64,000 nucleotides of DNA from Macrostomum lignano (taxonomy: Eukaryota). The notes beneath the pieces are model-generated. The model was not told the DNA's origin. It saw nothing but the letters and a program-made list of their open reading frames with translations, and made no database searches. The position numbers and the translations under genes are program-made. Shown here in pieces: positions 48,739 through 59,845 of the stretch; positions within the stretch are counted from its first letter, which is position 1, and each line of letters begins with the position of its first letter. The stretch is from positions 1 to 64,000 of the forward strand of contig NIVC01003731.1 of assembly GCA_002269645.1 (NCBI GenBank), read 5' to 3'.

Positions 48739-49085
48739 GTTACCTGTCACCTGTTACCTGTCACCTGTTACATCAGTGTCCCATTCCTGTTACATCAGTC
48801 TCCCATTCCTGTTACATCAGTCTCCCATTCCTGTTACATCAGTCTCCCATTCCTGTTACATCAGTCTCCCATTCCTGTTACATCAGTCTCCCATTCCTGT
48901 TACATCAGTCTCCCATTCCTGTTACATCAGTCTCCCATTCCTGTTACATCAGTCTCCCATTCCTGTTACATCAGTCTCCCATTCCTGTTACATCAGTCTC
49001 CCATTCCTGTTACATCAGTCTCCCATTCCTGTTACATCAGTCTCCCATTCCTGTTACATCAGTCTCCCATTCCTGTTACATCAGT
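48739..49085. repeat. 22-bp minisatellite (CTGTTACATCAGTCTCCCATTC), about 14 near-perfect copies
   Basis: Direct reading. Confidence 0.96.
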
Positions 49086-49530
49086 GCTCGGGTTTGTTTT
49101 ATTTACTAATAGTGCTAACCGAGCAAGCAGCAGTTTTAGGTCTTTGAATAATCAATTGGTTCGTGCCCTTTCTATACGTACTTTTCCTTCCACCTGTTTA
49201 ATTTCTTTGCCTCGAAATTTTCTCTTTTTTGCCTGACTGAATCGCCTTTGTGTCTTTTGTGTGTCTGCTGTTTGCCTTTATCGATTGCGAACAGAAAGGG
49301 TGCACTGGCTTTTAACCTGAGTAGCTTGGGCCTGGGGTCTGCATTCTTTGCTGCCTTTGATCTTAGTCCTCCTTTTTGGGCGCTATTGGGTCTATTGAAA
49401 ATCAGCATGGCACACGGGGAGACACACGGTATTTATGGGGTGATAGAATTCGTTTCACATTTTACAAATTTATTATTTTGGAAATTCAGTACCTATTTTT
49501 CTAAAGGAAAAATGAAATAAGATAAGACGC

Positions 49531-50092
49531 TAAGACAGACACAAGACAGACACAAGACAGACACTAAGACACACTAATAAAGACACTAGGACACACTAAG
49601 ACAGACACTAATTGACACGCAGAGACAGACACAAGACAGACACAAGACAGACACTAAGACAGACACTAAGACAGACACTAAGACACACTAATAAAGACAC
49701 TAGGACACACTAATAAAGACACTAGGACACACTAAGACAGACACTAATTGACACGCAGAGACAGACACTAAGACACACTAAGACAGACACTAGGACACAC
49801 TAAGACAGACACTAATAAGATACACTAGGACAGACACTGAGACACACTAAGACAGACACTAATAAGATACACTAGGACAGACACTGAGACACACTAAGAC
49901 AGACACTAATTGACACGCAGAGACAGACACAAGACAGACACAAGACAGACGCTAAGACATGCAAAGACAGGCACTAGACAGACAAAAGACAGACACTAAT
50001 TAAACACACTAGGACAGACACGAGACAGATGCTAAGACAGAAACAAGACAGACACAAGACAGAAACAAGACAGACATTAAGACACCAAGACA
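49531..50092 (-). repeat. 12-bp minisatellite, reverse complement of the 31545-32035 family
   Basis: 49841-49950 is the exact reverse complement of 31778-31887. Confidence 0.95.
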
Positions 50093-50275
50093 CACTGAGC
50101 ACATGTGCAGCAATCTGTATACAAAAACATACATAGTTTGTCCAACATGTACACTTTATTACACTTTGAAAGTTTGGCCCTCGTTGATGTTAGTTGCTGA
50201 AGCAGACCCCAGGCTGCGGCACCAGAGCACCTAAAATACCTAATGGATAATCGCCGCCCACCTCTCGCTGCGCAG

Positions 50276-50452
50276 TGATCCCAGCCGGCTTCCCGCGCAT
50301 CGTCAAGCCGCCGGGAATGCAGGTGGTTGAGAAAGACCAGCGCGTCACGCTGACGTGCCAGGTGAATGGCGAGCCTCGGCCGCGAGTTCTGTGGATCAAG
50401 GACTACATTCCGGTGGACTTGTCGCTGCCCAGGTTGTCCATGAGCCCAAATG
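50276..50452 (+). CDS. Lar: LAR-type RPTP, N-terminal half of Ig2 (IPAGFPRIVKPPGMQVVEKDQRVTLTCQVNGEPRPRVLWIKDYIPVDLSLPRLSMSPN)
   Basis: Matches the LAR-family Ig2 signature PxGFPxI...C.A.G.P.P...W.KD..PVD. Acceptor ctctcgctgcgcAG, donor G|GTGAGC. 177 nt, phase 1-1. Confidence 0.95.
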
Positions 50453-51747
50453 GTGAGCTGAGATGACGAAATTATATACTCTTTTTTTGTTCAATGCATT
50501 TGTACACTACAGTAGCATTTATTTTATGTTGACTAGCATTTGCTGCCCCCCCCGAAGGAATCACGTGAATAACAAGGGTATTATTGTACCATCACCAAAT
50601 CGGATTGTCAATTAGTCAATCAATCAACCACTCTGTGGTCTTAATCCGTCCGTGCACTGACCCTGTCTGGCAATCTGCTATCTAATCCATTCTTTATTTT
50701 TAGCGCTTTTTATAATTCAATACTCATTCCACCTCGGCTTCCCTCACTCCCTCTCTCTCTCTCTCTCTGTCTGGCTCATCCGCAGAAACCGCCTTTTCCT
50801 CGCCACCGCTCCCCCCCGTCCCATTCTCTAATGCTTGGCAGAGTCTCCATTCCTAAATTGAATTTCTGTTTCGGCTAGAATTGCCCGCCGGCGAAATGCT
50901 CTGCTGTGTGTGTTTGTGTGTGTTTGGTCTCACTTGCGTGCTGTGCCGTTGATGAGGCGAAGAAGCCAAGCGAAGAAGAAGCAGTAACGCATACACAAAA
51001 CAAAAACGCGCACAACGCGGAGATACGGACAGAAACACAGGAGCGACAGGCCGGATTAAGTAAAAGAAGAAAAAAGCTGCAAGTTTCTCAAAAAACTTTC
51101 CCTGCTCAAATTCGGAAGTCATACAGTTTCAGCATCCACCAGAGCTTTTTCTAGTGAGCTCCACCCGGACTGAATCAGAATTGACTTATCCGCCTGGCAT
51201 TCCGTCTGCCTCCAACTTGCTCGCTTTTCCTTTTCCCCGACCAGGCAAATTGGCATCAGCCACACACCGAGAGTCCCGGCTTGAGCTCTTGAGTTGAGGA
51301 GAGAAGGGCGGAGAAGGGCGGCGGGCAAGAGAGAAATTGACCGGAAGAAATCAATGTCTGGGGCAAAGATGGCCCGGTGACCTCTGCCCCGGCCTCTGCA
51401 GGCACCGCCAGCTTGCTGACTGTCTGTGCTAGCAGCGTCTGCCAGCCTTAATTAGACTGGGTCTGCCTCTATAAGCAGTGGCTTCCCCAGGCGCCTTTGC
51501 TCTGCGTTTCTCTTCGTTTAGTGAGATGCCCCACCTCTCTTTTAATCTGCCAATCTCTCTTTAAGGTTCGTCTTCTGGATTTCACTCTCTAATTTCACTT
51601 CTCATACTTTCTCACTCGTCATCTTCATATTGCATTTCTGTATATCAGCTCTTGTCGAATTTTGAGGCAGCGAAATTTTAATCATTAGCTATATTGTGAA
51701 AGTTAGGAAACCTTCTAACTTCTCTACTCTCTAAATTGTAGGAAGGG

Positions 51748-52625
51748 GTCAGCCTCCCAGAGTGTCAGTTGCTGGGCCAGCTTCCCAGATCCTCAGTTGC
51801 TGGGCCAGCCTCACAGATCTTCAGTTGCTGGGCCAGCCTCCCAGATCCTCAGTTGCTGGGCCAGCCTCCCAGATCCTCAGTTGCTGGGCCAGCCTCCCAG
51901 ATCCTCAGTTGCTGGGCCAGCCTCCCAGATCCTCAGTTGCTGGGCCAGCCTCCCAGATCCTCAGTTGCTGGGCCAGACTCCCAGAGTGTCAGTTGCTGGG
52001 CCAGCCTCCCAGATCCTCAGTTGCTGGGCCAGCCTCCCAGATCCTCAGTTGCTGGGCCAGCCTCCCAGATCCTCAGTTGCTGGGCCAGCTTCCCAAAGTG
52101 TCAGTTGCTGGGCCAACTTCCCAGATCCTCAGTTGGCGGGCCACCGCCAGCCTCAGATCCTCAGTTGCTGGGCCAGCCTCCCAGATCCTCAGTTGCTGGG
52201 CCAGCCTCACAGATCCTCAGTTGCTGGGCCAGCCTCACAGATCCTCAGTTGCTGGGCCAGCCTCACAGATCCTCAGTTGCTGGGCCAGCCTCCCAGAGTG
52301 TCAGTTGCTGGGCCAGCCTCCCAGATCCTCAGTTGCTGGGCCAGCCTCCCAGATCCTCAGTTGCTGGGCCAGCTTCCCAGAGTGTCAGTTGCTGGGCCAG
52401 CCTCCCAGAGTGTCAGTTGCTGGGCCAGCCTCACAGATCCTCAGTTGCTGGGCCAGCCTCACAGATCCTCAGTTGCTGGGCCAGCCTCACAGATCCTCAG
52501 TTGCTGGGCCAGCCTCCCAGATCCTCAGTTGCTGGGCCAGCCTCCCAGATCCTTAGTTGCTGGGCCAGCCTCACAGAGTGTCAGTTGCTGGGCCAGCCTC
52601 ACAGATCCTCAGTTGCTGGGCCAGC
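51748..52625. repeat. 28-bp minisatellite family, array 3 (most homogeneous)
   Basis: Direct reading; it explains the 264-306 aa ORFs. Confidence 0.96.
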
Positions 52626-53291
52626 GCCACCGTTTCCCTAATCCTGCAGAACTGCAACCTTTCTCCCTTAGCTCCAAAAGAAAGATCAAATCAGCCTGTC
52701 CAAGTCAGTCTAAGTAGTGATCCATGTCTGCAGGCTTGCCTTCCATCTGTTTGCATAGTTTAGCTTGATTGAGTGCGGCACCCGTCAATCTGTCTCTGTC
52801 CTTCTCTGCATTGTCGCGTGTTCAGACATTCAGCAGTGCAAGTGTAATGCATTGCTGTCATTCCCTGTCTTGAATTGACTTAATGACATGCTGATAATTA
52901 CCCAGTGCCCTACAGCAGCACCCGGTACCAGCTGTGGTTGCCCTCTGCCCCGGTGGGAGGGAGGAGTGACATGCGAATACAATGCTAGTGTGTCTGGAGT
53001 CTAGAGGGGACAAAAAACCCGTTCTGCACTGACTCGCTTGAGCAGCCGTCACGCGTCCTTTGATTGGGGGCTTTCTCACCATCTTTCTTTCTACGTTTCT
53101 CTCCTAGACTTGGCTTAAAGTAAGAGAACATGTCAATAAACAATTGAGCTTTCGCTTACTTGCTTTTTCATTATCTTCGTAGGAATGTTCTTAAAAAGTC
53201 AGCGGACTAAGGGGCAGCGTAATGGCTTGTAAGGCTAACACGAGTTGGGCAGAGCAGCTCAGCGAAGAGCGCGTCTGTCTCTCGCGCCTGC

Positions 53292-54136
53292 GAGTAACTA
53301 GCTTAGTATCTAGCTAACAGTGAGTAACTAGCTTAGTATCTAGCTATTAGTGAGTAACTAGCCTAGTATCTAGCCAACAGTGAGTATCTAAGCTCACAGT
53401 GAGTGAGCTTAGTATCTAATTCTAGCTATTAGTGAGTAACTAGCTTAGTATCTAGCTAGCAGTGAGTAACTAGCTTAGTATCTAGCCAACAGTGAGTAAC
53501 TAGCTTAGTATCTAATTCTAGCTATTAGTGAGTAACTAGCTTAGTATCAAATTCTAGCTATTAGTGAGTAACTAGCTTAGTATCTAATTCTAGCTATTAG
53601 TGAGTAACTAGCTTAGTATCTAATTCTAGCTATTAGTGAGTAACTAGCTTAGTATCTAGCTATTAGTGAGTAACTAGCTTAGTATCTAGCTAACAGTGAG
53701 TAACTAGCTTAGTATCTGGCTAGCAGTGAGTAACTAGCTTAGTATCTAGCTAACAGTGAGTAACTAGCTTAGTATCTAGCTAACAGTGAGTAACTAGCTT
53801 AGTATCTGGCTAGCAGTGAGTAACTAGCTTAGTATCTAGCCTACAGTGAGTAACTAGCTTAGTATCTAGACAACAGTGAGTAACTAGCTTAGTATCTAGC
53901 CTACAGTGAGTAACTAGCTTAGTATCTAGCTAACAATGAGTAACTAGCTTAGAATCTAGCCAACAGTGAGTAACTAGCTTAGAATCTAGCTAACAGTGAG
54001 TAACTAGCTTAGAATCTAGCCAACAGTGAGTAACTAGCTTAGTATCTAGCCAACAGTGAGTAACTAGCTTAGAATCTAGCTAACAGTGAGTAACTAGCTT
54101 AGAATCTAGCTAACAGTGAGTAACTAGCTTAGTATC
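53292..54136. repeat. 30-bp minisatellite (GTGAGTAACTAGCTTAGTATCTAGCTAACA), about 27 copies
   Basis: Direct reading; an inverted partial copy lies at 56177-56260. Confidence 0.96.
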
Positions 54137-55228
54137 AAAGTAAAAATTACCAGAAGAGGATAATGATTGTTAAACAAAGCAATACATTGAAAAGTACACC
54201 TAAAATACAGTTGGCACAGTCAGTTAAAAGTACAAGCCTTATCGCTAGTTGATCATGAGCTGCATCCTTAACTAACTGAATGCATCCTTAACAATACAGT
54301 AAAGGTATCTCATAACACAGCCAGCTAACTTGTGAGCAAGTATCGGCAGCAAAGGTCGATGAAGGGAGCGTACGCGGCGATGCGTAAACACCTGCCCCCA
54401 TACCCCCTGCCCAGCAGATCGCCATCCCCAAAGCATTAATCACCCATTTTGGCCCAATAGCTCGCTAATGGGGCGTTAATATTTTTGGAGCCATTCTTTG
54501 CCAACGATCAGCGTTAATATGAATATAGCCAGCTAGCTGGCAGTACTCCGATGGCTAAAGGCTTCTATACTGATCAGCTGGACACAATAATGAGCTGCAT
54601 AGGCTCTCTGGCTGGCAAGCTGACCCATCTAGAGTTACCCGAGAATTCTATTCGCACCATTTCTACCGCTGAAAAATTACCGCCCAACGGGATCCGGCAG
54701 GTGTGAATGACGGCTGTACACAGAGAAAGACGATTCCTCCTACAAGTTAGTTCTATAACAGTTTTTCCTTCCAAACAACTAGCAGACCTTTTGTTCTCCG
54801 CTATCAACTTACAAAGGAAGCCAGCCAGAGAATATGGGACTTGTGTTGCTGGGAGCGATGTAAAAAGGTGAGAAAGGGAGGAGGAGAGGAAGAAAGAAAG
54901 TTTGCAAGCGAGCAGCAGAGAATTGAGCCGTGTGAACGCGCAACACCTGCTTGTTAATCCTCCACCTTCGCGAGTCCGATTGTAGCGGATATCTAAAAAT
55001 AGCCTCTCAGGCCAGCAGTTTCCGCTAAGCCGCAGGCAGCGAGATGCGAGAGAGAGAGAGAGAGAGGGAGAGAGAAAAGCCAGAAACTGAGAGTTGAAAG
55101 TTGGCATAAGCCGAAGCGGCGGCTGCCTCGGTGGCAGCGGGGGGCGCTCACTAATTTGCTGTTCCAGTGGCTAACAACCTACCTGACACTGCGGCCGCTA
55201 CTAAGTCAGCTTGTTATTTTCCTATCAG

Positions 55229-55243
55229 ATGCCAATTTCACTG
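55229..55243 (+). CDS. Lar: Candidate 15-nt LAR microexon (inserts DANFT) at the mini-exon-A-equivalent intron
   Basis: Branch-like TACTAAG at about 55200, acceptor ttgttattttcctatcAG, exon ATGCCAATTTCACTG, donor GTAGCA. Symmetric phase 1 with no stop, and it preserves the downstream Gly codon. Confidence 0.4.
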
Positions 55244-55489
55244 GTAGCAGCAGATCCATCATAGGCTGTAGAGTGGCCGACTAAAAAGCACCAAAACAAA
55301 CTTAGCGGTAGTACCGGAGAAGAAGCATTCGAGAGCGAAATAGTGGCTTTCGAAGAAAAAGACGCAATAACGAAATTATGACGGGCGAGTAGCCATTGCC
55401 AAGTCCGAGATTAGAACATTTATTTACGAGTTTTATTTACAAGTGGCAGAAGGCCTGCTTTTTTGACCGGAGGAAATTAGAAAATAGAC

Positions 55490-55900
55490 ACAGGACATAT
55501 GGGATTCTGGAGGACAGAAAATGGACAAAGGACATTCGGGATTCTGAAGGACATTGGTAAATGGACAAAGGGAATTCGGCATTCTGGAGGACTAAGGACA
55601 AATGACTCTGGAGGGTAAATGGACAAAGGACATTCAAGGTTCTGTAGGTTATTAGTGATTAGCCAAATGACATTCAGTATACTGGAGGACATTGGTGAAT
55701 GGCCAAAAGGGAATTCGGTATTCTGGAGGACTAAGGACAAATGACTCTGGAGGGTAAATGGACAAAGGACATTCGTGGTTCTGTAGGATATTGGTAAATG
55801 GCCAAATGACATTCGATATACTGGAGGACATTGGTAAATGGCCAAAGCACATTCAATATTCGGGAGGACATTGGTAAACGCAAAGGACGTTTGGGATCCA
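55490..55900. repeat. Degenerate ~30-bp minisatellite (GGAGGACATTGGTAAATGGACAAAGGACATTC-like) with a 139-bp internal duplication
   Basis: A block at 55571 recurs at 55710. Confidence 0.8.
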
Positions 55901-56176
55901 AGATACTGGTAGATGAGTGACCGAAAAGGACTTTTCAAGGTGATCGTGGGACATTTGATGGGAGGTCAACCGATGAAAGCGAGCATTGCTGGATTCATAC
56001 GAACACAAACGGGGCCAGTGAAGGTCAATGCCCCACTTTTAATCTGGTAGGGCCATGCCCACCCACTTTTGCTAAGAAAATTGATAAACTGGATATTGGC
56101 TGGAGGGCAGGAGGGCTGCGGGCACCCAGGCGCCCGCATCTAATCGTCAGGCATGTACACTCTCTGTTCCTTGGGG

Positions 56177-56260
56177 GCTAGATACTAAGCTAGTTACTCA
56201 CTGATAGCTAGAATTAGATACTAAGCTAGTTACTCAATAATAGCTAGATACTAGCTAGTT
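56177..56260 (-). repeat. Inverted copy (about 2.5 units) of the 30-bp minisatellite
   Basis: Reverse complement of 56177-56201 is GTGAGTAACTAGCTTAGTATCTAGC. Confidence 0.9.
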
Positions 56261-57212
56261 AATTAGTCACTTATTCGAACTTGAGCGTACGTGACACTCA
56301 GCTGGGTGTGTGTGCAAAGCATTTGTCACCTCCCCAATGACGTAACGCGCTGTTCTGTAGACCAGCTGACCTTAGCTGGCTTTCTGAGCACAAACAGGCA
56401 AAACGCAAGCAATCGCTAAGCCAGTCTCTGCCCTTCTCGAGCCGGGCCGTGTTTGCGCGCCGACAAGCTGATGTGGGAAAGCAATTCATTCATTTTGCAA
56501 CTCGCACTCGAGTACGTAGTATTACCCGCCATGTCCAGAGAGCTGCTCAACCTGACAGATTGCGAACAAATATTTGAGAAGCAACTCATTCTCAAGCCGC
56601 TCGGTCTTTTGCGAGGTGCCGGACTTCGAATGCTTTATGCTTTAATGACCTTGCGGCGAACATCAAACACGTAGGGCTTCCCTGTTGTGCGACTGCTCTG
56701 AGGAAGAGACACAGAAAATGTGGGAATCTGCGACCCCGTCTCTAATGACCTCGGAGAGGGCGGGGCGAGGGCGGGTGACGCACCCGATGACATGCTCACG
56801 GAATGTCTAAAAATGGCCAGCTACTAACTTGAGAAGGATCTAGCTATATCTACAGCGTCAGCACTAGCATTTTAGCTGCCGACACTACCTTGAATCGCTT
56901 TTGTCGTTAGCCGCTTCCAATTCTGCTTTTCTATTCAGTTTTATGGGGCTTTATTGGCGCCATTAAATGCTATATCCCGCAAGGTACTGCTACGATTTTT
57001 AAAGCTTAGTTTTACAATCGCGCTTCTAAGATTTTATGACCACTGGGAGTCTGATGAGTTGTGTTAATTTAAAGCCTGTAGTGAATCTTAATTATCCCGT
57101 TAGTTTTTAAACATATTTCAGCTTTAGCTGGTTTGCACTGCGTGGGTTGGATTGCCAGTGTTGTTGATTTCAAGTGCCTCTATTTTGGTAGACCCAATGT
57201 GGGTATCGGAGC

Positions 57213-59845
57213 AGCTCACTGAAGGACCCGATGGTGGCTCACTGAAGGACCCGATGGTGGCTCACTGAAGGACCCGATGGTAGCTAACTGAAGGACCCGA
57301 TGGTGACTCACTGAAGGACCCGATGGTAGCTCACTGAAGGACCCGATGGTAGCTCACTGAAGAACTAGATGGTGACTCACTAAAGGACCTGGAGCTCACT
57401 GAAGGACCCGATAGTGACTCACTGAAGGACCCGATGGTAGCTCACTGAAGGACCCGTTGGTAGCTCACTGAAGGATCCGATGGTGACTCACTGAAGGACC
57501 CGATGGTAGCTCACTGAAGGACCCGATGGTGACTCACTGAAGGACCCGATGGTAGCTAACTGAAGGACCCGATGGTGACTCACTGAAGGACCCGATGGTA
57601 GCTCACTGAAGGACCCGATGGTGACTCACTGAAGGACCCGATGGTGACTCACTGAAGGACCCGATGGTAGCTCACTGAAGGACCCGATGGTAGCTCACTG
57701 AAGGATCCGATGGTAGCTCACTGAAGGACCCGTTGGTAGCTCACTGAAGGATCCGATGGTAGCTCACTGAAGGACCCGTTGGTAGCTCACTGAAGGATCC
57801 GATGGTAGCTCACTGAAGGACCCGTTGGTAGCTCACTGAAGGATCCGATGGTGACTCACTGAAGGACCCGATGGTAGCTCACTGAAGGATCCGATGGTGA
57901 CTCACTGAAGGACCCGATGGTAGCTCACTGAAGGACCCGATGGTAGCTCACTGAAGGACCCGATGGTAGCTCACTGAAGGATCCGATGGTGACTCACTGA
58001 AGGACCCGATGGTAGCTCACTGAAGGACCCGATGGTAGCTCACTGAAGGACCCGATGGTAGCTCACTGAAGGACCCGATGGTAGCTCACTGAAGGACCCG
58101 ATGATAGCTCACTGAAGGATCCGATGGTGACTCACTGAAGGACCCGATGGTGACTCACTGAAGGACCCGATGGTAGCTCACTAAAGGACCCGATGGTAGC
58201 TCACTAAAGGACCCGATGGTAGCTCACTGAAGGACCCGATGGTAGCTCACTAAAGGACCCGATGGTGACTCACTGAAGGACCCGATGGTAGCTCACTAAA
58301 GGACCCGATGGTAGCTCACTGAAGGACCCGATGGTAGCTCACTGAAGGACCCGATGGTGACTCACTAAAGGACCCGATGGTAGCTCACTGAAGGACCCGA
58401 TGGTAGCTCACTGAAGGACCCGATGGTAGCTCACTGAAGGACCCGATGGTGACCCACTGAAGGACCCGATGGTGACTCACTGAAGGACCCGATGGTGACT
58501 CACTGAAGGACCCGATGGTAGCTCACTGAAGGACCCGATGGTGACTCACTGAAGGACCCGATGGTAGCTCACTGAAGGACCCGATGGTGACTCACTGAAG
58601 GACCCGATGGTAGCTCACTGAAGGACCCGATGGTAGCTCACTGAAGGACCCGATGGTGACTCACTGAAGGACCCGATGGTGACTCACTGAAGGACCCGAT
58701 GGTGACTCACTGAAGGACCCGATGGTAGCTCACTGAAGGACCCGATGGTGACTCACTGAAGGACCCGATGGTAGCTCACTGAAGGACCCGATGGTGACTC
58801 ACTGAAGGACCCGATGGTGACTCACTGAAGGACCCGATGGTGACTCACTGAAGGACCCGATGGTGACTCACTGAAGGACCCGATGGTGACTCACTGAAGG
58901 ACCCGATGGTAGCTCACTGAAGGACCCGATGGTAGCTCACTGAAGGACCCGATGGTGACTCACTGAAGGACCCGATGGTGACTCACTGAAGGACCCGATG
59001 GTGACTCACTGAAGGACCCGATGGTAGCTCACTGAAGGACCCGATGGTAGCTCACTGAAGGACCCGATGGTAGCTCACTGAAGGACCCGATGGTGACTCA
59101 CTGAAGGACCCGATGGTAGCTCACTGAAGGACCCGATGGTGACTCACTGAAGGACCCGATGGTGACTCACTGAAGGACCCGATGGTAGCTCACTGAAGGA
59201 CCCGATGGTGACTCACTGAAGGACCCGATGGTAGCTCACTGAAGGACCCGATGGTAGCTCACTGAAGGACCCAATGGTAGCTCACTGAAGGACCCGATGG
59301 TAGCTCACTGAAGGACCCGATGGTAGCTCACTGAAGGACCCGATGGTGACTCACTGAAGGACCCGATGGTAGCTCACTGAAGGACCCGATGGTAGCTCAC
59401 TGAAGGACCCAATGGTAGCTCACTGAAGGACCCGATGGTAGCTCACTGAAGGACCCGATGGTAGCTCACTGAAGGACCCGATGGTAGCTCACTGAAGGAC
59501 CCAATGGTAGCTCACTGAAGGACCCGATGGTAGCTCACTGAAGGACCCGATGGTAGCTCACTGAAGGACCCAATGGTAGCTCACTGAAGGACCCGATGGT
59601 AGCTCACTGAAGGACCCGATGGTAGCTCACTGAAGGACCTGATGGTGACCCACTGAAGGACACGATGGTAGCCCACTGAAGGACCCGATGGTAGCTCACT
59701 GAAGGACCCGATGGTAGCTCACTGAAGGACCCGATGGTAGCCCACTGAAGGACCCGATGGTAGCCCACTGAAGGACCCGATGGTAGCTCACTGAAGGACC
59801 CAATTGAGCCCACTGAAGGACCTGATGGAGCCAGCTGAAGGAGCC
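57213..59845. repeat. 23-bp satellite (GCTCACTGAAGGACCCGATGGTA, with variant GGTGACTCAC), about 114 copies
   Basis: Direct reading. Confidence 0.97.
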
